NCBI GenBank assembly: GCA_050613775.1
Contig: JBODTK010000146.1
Span: 248,001-312,000, forward strand
DNA: 64,000 nucleotides
Reading direction: 5' to 3'
From: Neocallimastix sp. 'constans'
Lineage: Eukaryota
The notes below the pieces were generated by a model that was given only the letters and a program-made list of their open reading frames with translations, was not told the origin of the DNA and searched no databases. Positions 24,398 to 37,157 of the stretch are shown one piece after another. The translations under genes and the position numbers were made by a program. Position 1 is the first letter of the stretch. Every line of letters begins with the position of its first letter.

Positions 24398-26738
24398 GTA
24401 TAATAAATTTTCCAATGGAACAATTAGGTATACGAGACACAATGAATGGGATATAAATCAAGACATCAGTATAGAAGAAATTAGAGAAGCAATTTTGGCT
24501 ACTCCAAATTTTAAAGCTTCAGGCCCTGATGGAATTCCTATTGAATTTTATAAAGCTTCAATTCCTCCGGATGACGAAAATTCAGTAAATAATTCTTCTT
24601 CTGGTTTAAATTGTTTACAGAAGATATACTCAAGAATTTGGAATGGAGAATTTCCTAGCTCATGGAATGAAGCAAGTATTATATCTATTCCTAAAAAAGG
24701 AGATGATCTATCTGATTGTGACAATTATCGAGGTATCTCTCTGATTAACAATGGTATTAAACTCATTTCGAAAATAGTCTCCAAAAGAATTTCAGAATAT
24801 GGACTTAAAAATAATTTTATTAGGCCAGAGCAATTTGGATTTCGTACTAAAGAAGAATGTGTTAGTTTATTTATTTCAATTCGAGAAATTTGTCAAAGGC
24901 GTAAAAATGATAATAAAGAAACTTACCTAGCTTTTCTAGATTTAAAAAAGGCATATGATTCTGTTCCAATAGGTAATATTTTATATAAATTAGATGCTTT
25001 AGGTATTAGAGGTAAATGTTATCAATTTATAAAAAATCTATATTTGACATCCAAAGCTAGTGTTAAAATTGATGATCAATATTCGGAATCTTTTAATATT
25101 ATGAAAGGAGTTAGACAAGGTTGTCCACTATCACCAATTCTTTTCAATCTTTTTATTAATGACATTTTTAATGATGTTTCAGAACTTGGAATTCCTTTAG
25201 ACGAATCTAGATGTTGTGGTGGACTCTTTGCAGATGATATTGTTCTATGCGCACCGTCAAGAACTAAGTTGAAAAAAATGCTTAAGAAGGTAAATGAATG
25301 GGCTAAATTTAATATGATGAATTTTGGAATTAATAAGTGTGCAACGATGGTGATTCGACCAGACACACCTCTTTTTCAAAATAAAAGAGATCCTACTTTT
25401 TATCTTGCTGGTCAACCAATTCCAATAACTAAATGTTATACCTATTTAGGTATACCATTTGATAAAAGCTTATCGTTGAAACCTATTATTAAATTACTTA
25501 ACTCTAAAGTAACTAAAGCTCTCTTTTCTGTTAGTAAATTTCTTTCAAATTCCAAAATTCCTATTCCATTTAAGAAGATTATAATTAACTCTTATGTACT
25601 TAGTAAAGTCTCTTACTTTGCACCTTTACTTGGTTCGAATAAAACGAGAACAAATAATACTCAGAAATTAATTAATAAAGGATTAAGATGGATTGCAGGT
25701 ATACAAAAAGCCAAATCATTTATTAATGTATATTCTATTTCAAAAGATTTACATATTCCTCCATTGTCAGCTAAGTGTGCTTTGTCTCAGGTCAAATGTT
25801 TTGATAAATGGAAAAATTCAAATTGTATTATTTCCTATTTAGTTAATAATATTCCAAAATCTAGAAAATATACATGGACAAAAGAAAGTAGAACTCTTAA
25901 ACGTAAACTAGAGAAAAGAGGTAATAACGATAATAAAATCAAGGATTTTTATTGGAAAAGAGATATGAAAATCAATTCTATTAAAGCTGAGTTTTATGAC
26001 AAAAACAAATTCGAAGAAACATCAAAATTTATAAAACTTTGTTATGACTATCCTGATCTTTCATATGGTTTCTATTGGCTATTGAGAGCACGAAGCGGAT
26101 ATAGATTAGATGCTAGAATTGCTAAAGCTGCAAAAATAGTGGACCAAATGTGTCCTAATTTTTGTCCCTGTTGTAAAAGTAATAAACAATGGATAAGTCA
26201 TTGGTTAATTGATTGTCCCTTTTTCAATCATACTCGTAGTAAAGTTAATGATAAAATTTTATTTTTATATAATGCTTTTTACCGTGGCAACCTAACAAAT
26301 GATATTGTTAATAGTAATAATGATAATAGTAATAGTAATAATAGTAATAGTTATAATAGTAATAATAATATTAGTAATAGTATTTTTAGTAATGTTAGTA
26401 ATAGTATTGAAAATAATGTGTATATTGATTCTAGTGTGTGTGAAAAAGTGTTTAATTTCCTTCTTGGAGGTCGAAGTATTAATAACAGTACAAGGGAATG
26501 GAAGGATCTATTTAAGTGCCAGATGAAATCAGGTGCTTATTCTGATACTCCGTTCTTAGTGGTTACTGCGGCACTTCTCCAATCGATTATACCTATTGCT
26601 ATTGGCCAGCAATGGTCTTTGTTCAATAGGTTCAAATCGAATCGTACTACTACTACCAAGAGCGTCAATGCTGAAGAAACAGTAAGACAGGCCAGCAGGG
26701 CTAGCGCAACCAATGAAGATCATAATTTTGTATCTTAA
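24398..26738 (+). CDS. LINE ORF2 fragment: reverse transcriptase plus C-terminal CX2C..H..C zinc knuckle; no endonuclease domain and no true start
   Basis: KASGPDG, NYRGISL, QFGFR, FLDLKKAYDSV, GVRQGCPLSPILFN, FADD, YTYLG, CPCC..SHWLIDC. The ORF-track start is a TTG spanning the TSD junction. Confidence 0.9.
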
Positions 26739-26973
26739 AATTATGATTAACATTGCGAAGTCAAAGTTAATTATTATACTTCAGTATAATAATGCCCTTG
26801 TGAAGTCTTACAAATATTAATTAAATGAAACTAGAATATATTATACCATTATTTTATTTTTATTTTGTGTTTTATTTTTTGTTTATTTTTTTATCTTTTT
26901 TTTTTTTTTTATTATTTTATTACATGTATTTTATCAAATATTTAATTAATAAAGATGAAACAAGTTTGCTGCC

Positions 26974-27004
<31 letters not shown>
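24398..27004 (+). mobile_element. LINE-A: 5'-truncated non-LTR retrotransposon with uninterrupted RT ORF, poly(A) tail and 12-bp TSD
   Basis: TSD TATTCATTCATT at 24386-24397 and 27005-27016; AATAAA at 26948; poly(A) 26977-27004. Confidence 0.93.
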
Positions 27005-27007
<3 letters not shown>

Positions 27008-27828
27008 TCATTCATTCATTTATTTTCATATTTATACCATAATCAAAGCCTTCTTTAGTAAATTTGATTTATCCGATAATCAAGATGATTCTTCAGTTGT
27101 TCCCCAATGAAGTGGACTGTTTTTCCAGGTCCATGGAGGGTTGATGGAAAAGGAATAACCTATATCAGGTGTACTAATTACAGCTTTCTGTGATTCTGAT
27201 GATAATCAATGGTTATCCTTTCTAAAGTGGCTTCTAGTACGAAGAGAGAAATCTGGAATACTGGAAGACTGTAGAAAGTGAACTTGACGTTCTATAATGT
27301 CTTAAACTGGATATGTAGTAACATTGGAGTTGTATAATTAATAATATCATGTAGTTTCTACATATTATCATTGTAATGAATCTATTGTATTTTTTACTTT
27401 AGCATTATTTTGTATATGTTTTTTTCTATAGTATTATTTATACTCTCATGTAACTATTGTAAAATGGAAATGTAGGAGATTGATTCACTCCAAAGCTTGT
27501 GTTTGAGACATTATTTAACGGATGGGAATCTTTTGATAGTTTTTCACAACTATTATTTCATTAACATTTAAATTTTATATTATATATGATTATTTTACAG
27601 AAATTTTTACATAAAACAGGAATTTATAATTGAAAATCATTAATTAAAAACTAGTCAACACAAAAAGAAAGAAAAACAAACAAGTTTTAGCAAACAATAT
27701 ACACGAAAAAGAAGACAACAGCAATAAATATTTATTTTTTTTAATTTTTTAATTTTTTACTAATTTTATTTTTTTATTTTTATATTACACTTACCTTTTA
27801 TTAATATAGATATGTTTTTTATTTTATT

Positions 27829-28263
27829 ATGTCAACTATACGAAGAGGTCTGCGACTTTATGGTCCTGACCGTGATAAATTTGTTTTAATTTTCATTCAT
27901 GATCTTGAATCTTGGATTGAAAGTAGACTATGGGAATTTTTAAGCAAAAAGATATCAAATTGTAATGAAGTTGTTCATGGAATCGTTAAAAAACACTATA
28001 TTAATATAGAAAACTACTTCATCCTAAGAGTTAACTATAATAATTATACGGATTATTTGAAGGTTATTTATTTGATTACTAAGCACTTACCTGTTAAAAG
28101 AATAAAATGGAAGATTACTTCAAGGATACGCACATTTAGCAATGTTAATCATAATAGAACCAGGTATTATTCTGAACCCTCAATCCCCATCTCTGAAAGC
28201 CTCCTGTATGCTACCCTTTCTCGAATACTAAATATTTCAACCTCTGTATTAGCTGGAACATAA
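27829..28263 (+). CDS. LINE-B ORF1 (144 aa) or frameshifted N-terminal part of a single ORF; function unknown
   Basis: ATG-initiated ORF with coding-like composition inside the TSD-bounded element, overlapping the ORF2 frame. No recognisable motif. Confidence 0.65.
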   Translation: MSTIRRGLRLYGPDRDKFVLIFIHDLESWIESRLWEFLSKKISNCNEVVHGIVKKHYINIENYFILRVNYNNYTDYLKVIYLITKHLPVKRIKWKITSRIRTFSNVNHNRTRYYSEPSIPISESLLYATLSRILNISTSVLAGT

Positions 28264-31200
28264 ATGGTTGGAATTCTGAAAAACGTGACGGACTTACCAA
28301 TTTTAATTCAATCTTTAATCCTATTTGTATTTGTCTTAAAGAAGTCGGTAATAGTTCATTCTTTAACTCCTTTTCTAACTCATATCCATTCCTTAATCAT
28401 TATAGAACAGTACTGAGACGTGCGGACAAAAAAATCCCTGGTATGAGGGGCCTTTATATAGGTGTGCACTCCTCCTGCCAATTCACTAATGATGATTTTG
28501 AATATAGATATATACTCTCAGTAAATATATTCTCTTTTTGGGGTGTCAGATGTTCTTTAGGGAACATTTACATCCTTAGCAAAAAACACAAAGACTCTAG
28601 AGAAAAAGTGGAAACTGATTTTGCTAATTGGCTCAAGAACCATCAGAATAACCCTTCGGCTATTGTTGGTGATTTCAACATGACTAAGCAACAACTCAAA
28701 GATCTTATTCTTAGAATTTCCCCTCAATGGTTTGTTATGGATATGGTTGGTCATCAATTTACTTGGTCTAATGGTGGAAAGAATTCTTGTATTGATTTTA
28801 TAGTAGTGAACGATAAATTAAGAAATTATCTGAATATTGCTTCTGTATGCTACTCTTTTAATGACATCTCTGACCATTTACCACTTATTCTTTCTTGTAA
28901 AAAAATATCTCCTGATGGTTTTGTTACTCCCCCTCGGGATAAACAAATTAAGTGGTCTAATCGAATTTGTAGGGATAAACGTGAAGCAATCTTCTCTCAT
29001 AATAAATTCACATGTTTACTGGATGAATTTGAACATAATGATAATCTAGACTCTAATACAATGGTTAAAAAACTTCTTGACACAGCAAATAAAATAGGCG
29101 ATGACATTCAAGCAAGAGTTCCTACAAATTTACAGGGTTCAGCGTTCCATTGTCCTGCTTATATTAAGAAATTATCACATGAAAAACATTTATTTTATAA
29201 AAGGATTAAAAATTTTAAACTTAGTAATGATTTGTCAAATCTTCAAGAATTTTGTGATCTCTCAAAAGAATATAGAGTTCTTTCTGATTATATCATTAGT
29301 ATTAAAAGAAATATTAGGAATATTAGATTTAAAAATTTGATTCATTCCATCGGCGAATGTTTCTTAAAAAATGATGCCCAGCTTGGTTGGTCTGGACTTA
29401 AGAAAATTTCTAAACCTTCTTACTCTCCTTCCCAATCACCTGTATACATTAAAGATAAAGAAGGTAATGTTCTAGTATCCCAAGAAGATCAACTCAATCG
29501 TTTTGCAGAACACTATGAAGAACTTGCTTCTGATATAACTGGTCACAGTCTTAATGAAAATTATTGGAAAAGAATACTTAATAATTCTTCTACTCCTCAG
29601 GAATCATGGAATATTAATCAACCTATTTCCATGTCAGAAATTCATTCAACTGTTCTTTCAATGAAAAATAACAAAGCACCTGGTCCTGATGGTATACCTA
29701 CAGAATTTTTTAAAGCATTTTTTAATTCTGAGAGTAGAAATTCTTCTCAGGATGACTCTAATCAAGAGGTTACTTATTCCGATTGTGCAAAGTGTCTGTT
29801 TTTACTTTTTAATAAAATTTGGGATGGTGACTTTCCTAATGAATGGAACTCTGCTTCTAGTGTTTCTATTCCTAAAAAAGGGGATCTTTCAGATTGTAAT
29901 AATTATCGTGGTATTTCACTCATCAATGTAGGTTTAAAAATTCTATCAAAAATTGTCACTAAAAGAATATCGGACTATGCTTTTTCTAATGGAATAATTA
30001 GACCAGAACAGTTTGGTTTTAGAAATAAAGAAGAATGTATTAGTTTATTTGTATCCATTCGTGAAATTTGTCAAAGAAGAAAATTTAAGGATAAATTTAC
30101 CTTTCTTGCCTTTCTTGACCTTAAAAAAGCTTATGATTCAGTTCCAATTTACAATATACTTACTAAACTAAATTATCTTGGTATTCGTGGTAAATGCCTT
30201 CAATTCATTACTAATCTATACCTTACCTCGAAAGCTCGTGCAAACTTTAATGGTAAACTTTCAAAAGAATTTCCAATACACCGTGGTGTTCGCCAAGGGT
30301 GTCCTCTCTCTCCTATTTTATTCAATATATTTATCAATGATATTTTTGATAAATGTAAAAGTTATGGTGTGATTACTGAAAAGAAAAAGTGTTGTGGTGG
30401 ATTATTTGCTGATGATATTGTATTATTAGCTCCTACAAAATCTTCACTTAAAAACCTTTTGAATATTGCTCATGATTGGGGTATTAAAAATGAAATGACC
30501 TTTGGAATCAATAAATGCGCTACACTAGTTGTTAAACCAAAGAATTTTATACCTTCAAGACATTATGAAAATCCTACTTTTAGACTTGGTATGAACTATA
30601 TACCAAGCACTAATCAATATACATATCTTGGTATACCTTTTAATGAATCGTTGGATTTAAAACCTATTATTGCTAAGATGAATAGTAAAATTAATTATAC
30701 AGTTAACTCTTTCTTTAGATTTTTAACCAATAGGAATGTTCCTTTCTACTTTAAAACTCGTATACTAGTTTCTTTTGTCCTTAGTTCAGTTCTTTATTAT
30801 GCTCCCTTACTTGGTTCAAATAAAAAGAATACTGAAAAAGCTCAAACTGCTTTTAATCGAGGTTTGTATTGGAGTTTCGGGTTTAAAAATAAAACCTCCA
30901 ATACTTCAATTTACAATATGTCTAAGGAACTTTCTATACCTCCTATAGCTAGTTTTTGTGCTAAGGCGATGGTTCGATGTTTTAAAAAGTGGAAAGATTC
31001 TTCTTGTATTATTTCTCATTTAGTCAAAAATATACCTACACTTTCTCACTATTCATGGACAAAAAAAGCACAGAGTTTAGCAGTACACAAGCACAATAAT
31101 AAACTTCCTGGAGAAATAAGGAAGTTTTACTGGGAAAATATTCATTATTCAAACACTCCTGCGATCAGATCTACAAAATACAAGAAATTTAAATTTGGTT

Positions 31201-31913
31201 TTAAAAAATTTATTCAACGTCTATCACTTAAATTTTCACAATTTTCTCTTGGATTTTTTTGGATTGGACGAATTAAATGTGGATTCAAATTTGATGTAAA
31301 AACGTATGTTAAAAGTAATCTAGTATCAGAAAATTGCCCAACATACTGCCCTTGTTGTGGTGAGAGTAACAGCATACCTAGTTTTACACACTGGATACTT
31401 TTATGTCCTAAATTTGAAGAATTTAGGCAACATTTCATTCCCTTTGTTGATGAAATTTTTATTAATTTTTCTCTTATTGTTCATGAGAAATCATTGAACA
31501 TTCCTGATGATAAAGAGGAAGATTTTGATGATAATATCAATTTTTACGTGCTGTGTCTCCTTCTTGGCGGAAATGCAGTATTTGAAATCTTAAAGATCGG
31601 CTCGGGGGAAAGAAGGCGATATATTAATAATATTTTTCAATCACCTTCGAACGAGTCTTCTTTTCCGATTTCATATTTTGTGGGGCTTGCGGAATTCCTT
31701 ACTAACGTTATGCCTATTGTGATTGGTGATTTTTACACCATGATCGATTTGTATAGTGTTAGACCTACCGTTGTCAAGAGCATCGACGTCGTAACGATAA
31801 GGCAAAGAAGAAATTCTGATACAGATTCGAATGATAATTTTCATCCACATGGAGTTATCTTCGATGAATGGGAAGAGTTAGAGGCCTTTTCGTCCTCGAA
31901 TCTCATAACATAG
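28197..31913 (+). CDS. LINE-B ORF2: APE endonuclease, reverse transcriptase and zinc knuckle; frame open from 28197, first Met at 28443
   Basis: APE motifs CISWNING and ICLKE (upstream of the first Met), VGDFN, IDFI, ISDH; RT motifs APGPDG, QFGFR, LDLKKAYD, GVRQGCPLSP, FADD, YLG; CPCC..THWILLC. Confidence 0.93.
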   Translation, partial: KPPVCYPFSNTKYFNLCISWNINGWNSEKRDGLTNFNSIFNPICICLKEVGNSSFFNSFSNSYPFLNHYRTVLRRADKKIPGMRGLYIGVHSSCQFTNDDFEYRYILSVNIFSFWGVRCSLGNIYILSKKHKDSREKVETDFANWLKNHQNNPSAIVGDFNMTKQQLKDLILRISPQWFVMDMVGHQFTWSNGGKNSCIDFIVVNDKLRNYLNIASVCYSFNDISDHLPLILSCKKISPDGFVTPPRDKQIKWSNRICRDKREAIFSHNKFTCLLDEFEHNDNLDSNTMVKKLLDTANKIGDDIQARVPTNLQGSAFHCPAYIKKLSHEKHLFYKRIKNFKLSNDLSNLQEFCDLSKEYRVLSDYIISIKRNIRNIRFKNLIHSIGECFLKNDAQLGWSGLKKISKPSYSPSQSPVYIKDKEGNVLVSQEDQLNRFAEHYEELASDITGHSLNENYWKRILNNSSTPQESWNINQPISMSEIHSTVLSMKNNKAPGPDGIPTEFFKAFFNSESRNSSQDDSNQEVTYSDCAKCLFLLFNKIWDGDFPNEWNSASSVSIPKKGDLSDCNNYRGISLINVGLKILSKIVTKRISDYAFSNGIIRPEQFGFRNKEECISLFVSIREICQRRKFKDKFTFLAFLDLKKAYDSVPIYNILTKLNYLGIRGKCLQFITNLYLTSKARANFNGKLSKEFPIHRGVRQGCPLSPILFNIFINDIFDKCKSYGVITEKKKCCGGLFADDIVLLAPTKSSLKNLLNIAHDWGIKNEMTFGINKCATLVVKPKNFIPSRHYENPTFRLGMNYIPSTNQYTYLGIPFNESLDLKPIIAKMNSKINYTVNSFFRFLTNRNVPFYFKTRILVSFVLSSVLYYAPLLGSNKKNTEKAQTAFNRGLYWSFGFKNKTSNTSIYNMSKELSIPPIASFCAKAMVRCFKKWKDSSCIISHLVKNIPTLSHYSWTKKAQSLAVHKHNNKLPGEIRKFYWENIHYSNTPAIRSTKYKKFKFGFKKFIQRLSLKFSQFSLGFFWIGRIKCGFKFDVKTYVKSNLVSENCPTYCPCCGESNSIPSFTHWILLCPKFEEFRQHFIPFVDEIFINFSLIVHEKSLNIPDDKEEDFDDNINFYVLCLLLGGNAVFEILKIGSGERRRYINNIFQSPSNESSFPISYFVGLAEFLTNVMPIVIGDFYTMIDLYSVRPTVVKSIDVVTIRQRRNSDTDSNDNFHPHGVIFDEWEELEAFSSSNLIT

Positions 31914-32012
31914 TTTTTTAATATTAATATAAAAAAAAAAATTTCATGTATTTAAACTTCATGTATTTTTTTAAAAAAAAAAAAAATATTATTAAATAAA
32001 GTTTATTCCTAG

Positions 32013-32049
<37 letters not shown>

Positions 32050-32059
32050 TCAGTTGTTC

Positions 32060-32163
32060 ATTACCCTGATTGTGCTAAATATTTACTTTTATTATTTAAC
32101 AAAATCTGAGCTGGTGATTTCCCTGAAGAGTGGAATTCGGCTTCTATAATATCAATTCCCCCC

Positions 32164-32199
<36 letters not shown>

Positions 32200-34190
32200 A
32201 GATCTTTCAGATTGCAATAATTATCGTGATATTTCTCTTATTTATGTTGGCTTAAAAATTATTTCAAAGATTGTTTACTAAGAGAATTGCTAAATATGCC
32301 TTAGAACATAAATTTGTTAGACCTGAACAATTTGGATTAAGAAATAAAGAAGAATACAAAAGTTTGACATATTTCAATTAGAGAAATATGTCAAAGAGGA
32401 AAATTTCAAGGAAATTTTACTTATCTTGCTTTTCTTGATCTTAAAAAAAAAAAGCCTATGATTCAGTACCTATCTTTAATATTTTGACCAAATTATTAGG
32501 AATTAGAGGTAAATGTCAGCTATTTTTAAGGAACCTTTATCTATCCTCTATAAAGTTCGTACTTTTTTATTTTATTTTATTTTATTTTTTTTTTTTTTTA
32601 ATGGTAATCTCTCAGAAGAATTTTCGATTAATCGTGGTGTTAGACAAGGGATGCCCACTATCTCCTATTTTATTCAATTTGTTCATTAATGATGTACTGG
32701 ATAATTGTGATAAGTATGGTGTAAATATAGATTCTCAATATTGTTGAGGCGGACTTTTTGTCAATGACGTTGTTTTAGTTGCTCCATCTGAACAAGCTCT
32801 TAAGAAAATTTTGAATAAAGTTCATGAATGAGCTATTATATATAAATTGACTTTTGGAATTAATAAGTGTGCTACTCTTTGTTGTAAAAACCGCTTAACT
32901 TTATTAAACCGATAAATTATGAAGATCCATCTTTCTTTATTGGTAGTAACAAATTACCTAAAACTGACAACTATACTTATCTTGGTGTTCCTTTTGATGA
33001 GTCTTTATCATTGAAGCCTATACAATCCAAATTAAACAATAATTTAAATGTCAAATTAAATTCGTACTTTCGATTTCTTATTAATAAATCTATTCCTCTC
33101 CCATTGAAGAAATATGCTTTAATTTCCTTTATTCTTAGTCTTGTTTTATATTATGCTCCTCTCTTTGGTTCAAATAAGAGTAGATGTTCTAAAGCTCAAA
33201 AAATTATTAATAGAGAACTTTACTGGAGTTATGGATTTAAATCTCGCAATTCTTAAGTTAGTCTCTATGATACTACTCGTGAATTGAGAATACCTCCTCT
33301 TTCAGCTGTCTTTGCTATATTTCAATTACGCTGCTTTATAATTGAAAAAACTCATCATATATTATTCATCATCTCACTAATAATATTCTTATTATGTCAC
33401 ATTACTCATAGACTAAAGAATCAAGGACTTTGGATAAGAAATTAAATGGTAAGAAAACAAGTGAAATAAAAAAGTTTTATTGGGATAGAGATGTCTTCAA
33501 ACCTTCAAAAGCTAAAAAAAGCAATTATTTACAAGGAGAATGATTTTGGATTTATTTCAGAAATTAAAAACATAACACTTCAATATCCTAAGGATCAGTT
33601 GGGATTCTTTTGGATTTCTCGAATTAGGTGGTTTTAAATATGACATTAGTATTTCCATTAAAAGAAAAATAGTCTCAGAAGATTGTCCTAAATGTTACCC
33701 ATGATGTGGTGTTAGTGTACCTAGCTTTTCTCACAGGATCTTTACCTGTAAAGAATTGGAAAATTACAGAAATAAATCTTTACCTTTTCTAGATGATCTC
33801 TTTTTTGAAGTTTTCAATGATAATTGAACAAAAATCCTTGGATGTTTCTTTTAGATTCAGAAAAGGATTATGTTAATAATATTTATTACTTCATATTGAG
33901 TGCTCTTCTTGGCGGGCGTTCAATATATGAAAAAATTAAACTTAATGATGGGGAATAAAGACAATTAGTTGACAGTATTTTTAAACAAAGTTCAACTTCG
34001 TCGATTGTTCCGCATTTTGTGGGGATTGTGGAGTTTCTAACAAAGGTAATACCGTTAATTTGTCGATCTTTTAGATTGATGATGAATTAGTATTCCGTTG
34101 AATCTATTGAATCTTCCGTTGCCGAGAGCGTCGACGTCGAAATGATAAGGCATAAAAGAACTGATACAGATTCGTTAGATAATTACTAAT
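32060..34190 (+). pseudogene. Disrupted RT ORF2 of LINE-C
   Basis: Fragments GCPLSPILFNLFIND, YTYLGVPFD and LYYAPLFGSNK occur in different frames with internal stops. Confidence 0.9.
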
Positions 34191-34917
34191 ACTGAAATTA
34201 TTACTCGCAATAATGGACGTAGTTTGATCATCGAATAATGGGAAAAGTTAGAGCCTATTGCTTCTAGCGCACTTTTATATTTTTATAATATATAATATTT
34301 TATTTCATTCATTTTATTTGTTATTTTTTCATTTAAATCATGTAATTTTATTATTATTATTATAAATTAAATAAAGTTATTCTCTAAGTCAAAAAAAAAA
34401 AAAAAAAATAAAAATAAAAAAAAAAAACATGGATTTGAATGTATTTTCTTATTATATACATATATTAAGTAATATGGATTAATAAGAATAATCATTCAAT
34501 CTATTAATAAAATTAAAGAAAGTATTTTAATAATAATACTAGTACTAATAAATAAAAATAATAAATAAAGATAATAAATAATAATAATTATAATAATAAA
34601 ATAATAAAAGTCTATTTTTAATAACAATAATTATAATAAAATAATAGAACTATTATAATTATAATCATCATAATAATAATATAATAAACAATAATAAAAA
34701 ATAATAAAACTTTTTAATAATAGTAATAATAATAAAAAAAAACCTTTAATAATAATAATAAAATAATATTTTTAATAATGATAATGATAATAAAACTGTA
34801 TTTTTAATAATAATAATAATAATAAAACGATACTTATTATTAACTGTTTTTTTTTTAATAATAATAATAATACTTTTAAAAATAAAAATAAAAATAATAA
34901 AAAAATAATATATTTAA

Positions 34918-36019
<1,102 letters not shown>

Positions 36020-36742
36020 GCATTTTTAATAGTAATAATAATTATAAATTATTAATTATGATTATTAATAATATTAAAATTTTAATTTATTTAAAAACTC
36101 CTAAAAAAAAGATTAAAAACTCCTATAACTTTTTATTATTAATATTAAAGATTGCATCATTATTTGATAATAATAATGATTAAATATTGAATAAAACGAA
36201 TTTTATTATAATTATTATTTTAATTATTTTTATATATATGATTATTAACATTATTTAATAAATTTTATAATTATTATATTATTTATAATTACTTATTACT
36301 AATATTTATTAACAATTAATATTATCAGTAAGTATTATTTTTTTTTATGTATGACTAAAAGTATGATTATGAAAAGTTATTTATAATTGTATTAAAATCA
36401 ATTAATAATTATTTCGTAATTTTATTAATTATTATTTATCATTATTTAATTATTATAATTATTATAATAATTATATTTCTTAATTTTATATTTACAAATT
36501 TAATTATGAAATTTAATATTTATAATAATTAAATAAATGAAAAATAATAATTTATAAAATTAATTTTTTTTTATAATCAATTTGTAATTATTATATATTA
36601 ATTATTATATTATTATTTGACATATTCATTTATTTATTGATATTAATTATTATATCATAATGATTAATGATAAATAATCATTTATATATTATTTTATTAT
36701 TTCATCTAATACCTTAATAATATTTATTAACAACTCAAAACG

Positions 36743-36774
<32 letters not shown>

Positions 36775-37116
36775 GGAACAAATTAGTATTTTATCATATT
36801 TGCAAATTAAAATTTAATTATTTTGTATTATTCTTTATAAATTTCATGTAATCCTAAAAACATGAGAACAAATATACATATACATAAGTAAGGATGACTA
36901 TTAATAATTATATTAGTTATTTTCTTTTGTATTTTATTATTAAAATTAGTACAATTTAAAATATCGTTTTAAACTCAAACATTATTAAAAATCAAAATTT
37001 TTCTTAGTTTTGGAATAAAGGAGTTATATATTATATATATAAGTTAAATAGTATAAGATTATTCATTAGTATAACTATAAGAATTCAATTTTATTTATTT
37101 TTATTTTTATTTTTAA

Positions 37117-37157
<41 letters not shown>

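Larger units (their letters stand above)
27103..32047 (+). mobile_element. LINE-B: ~4.95-kb, possibly full-length APE-type non-LTR retrotransposon
   Basis: TSD CTTCAGTTGTTC at 27091-27102 and 32048-32059; ~726-nt leader, short ORF1, APE-RT ORF2, AATAAA at ~31996, poly(A) 32016-32047. Confidence 0.94.
27041..34427 (+). mobile_element. LINE-C: old, degenerate, 5'-truncated LINE split in two (27041-27102 and 32060-34427) by LINE-B
   Basis: Removing LINE-B and one TSD restores the frame IKAFFSKFDLSDNQDDSSVVHYPDCAKYLLLLFNKI*AGDFPEEWNS, collinear with LINE-B ORF2. Many stops and frameshifts follow. AATAAA at ~34370, poly(A) from 34391. Confidence 0.88.

Noticed and set aside
27195..27260. Possible hammerhead ribozyme (CTGATGA plus hairpin) in the LINE-B leader
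   Set aside because: No GAAA follows the stem-II candidate, so the catalytic core cannot be completed.
28213..28221. CCCTTTC as a -1 slippery site between LINE-B ORF1 and ORF2
   Set aside because: The heptamer is phased to the ORF2 frame, not to the ORF1 frame a shifting ribosome would be reading.
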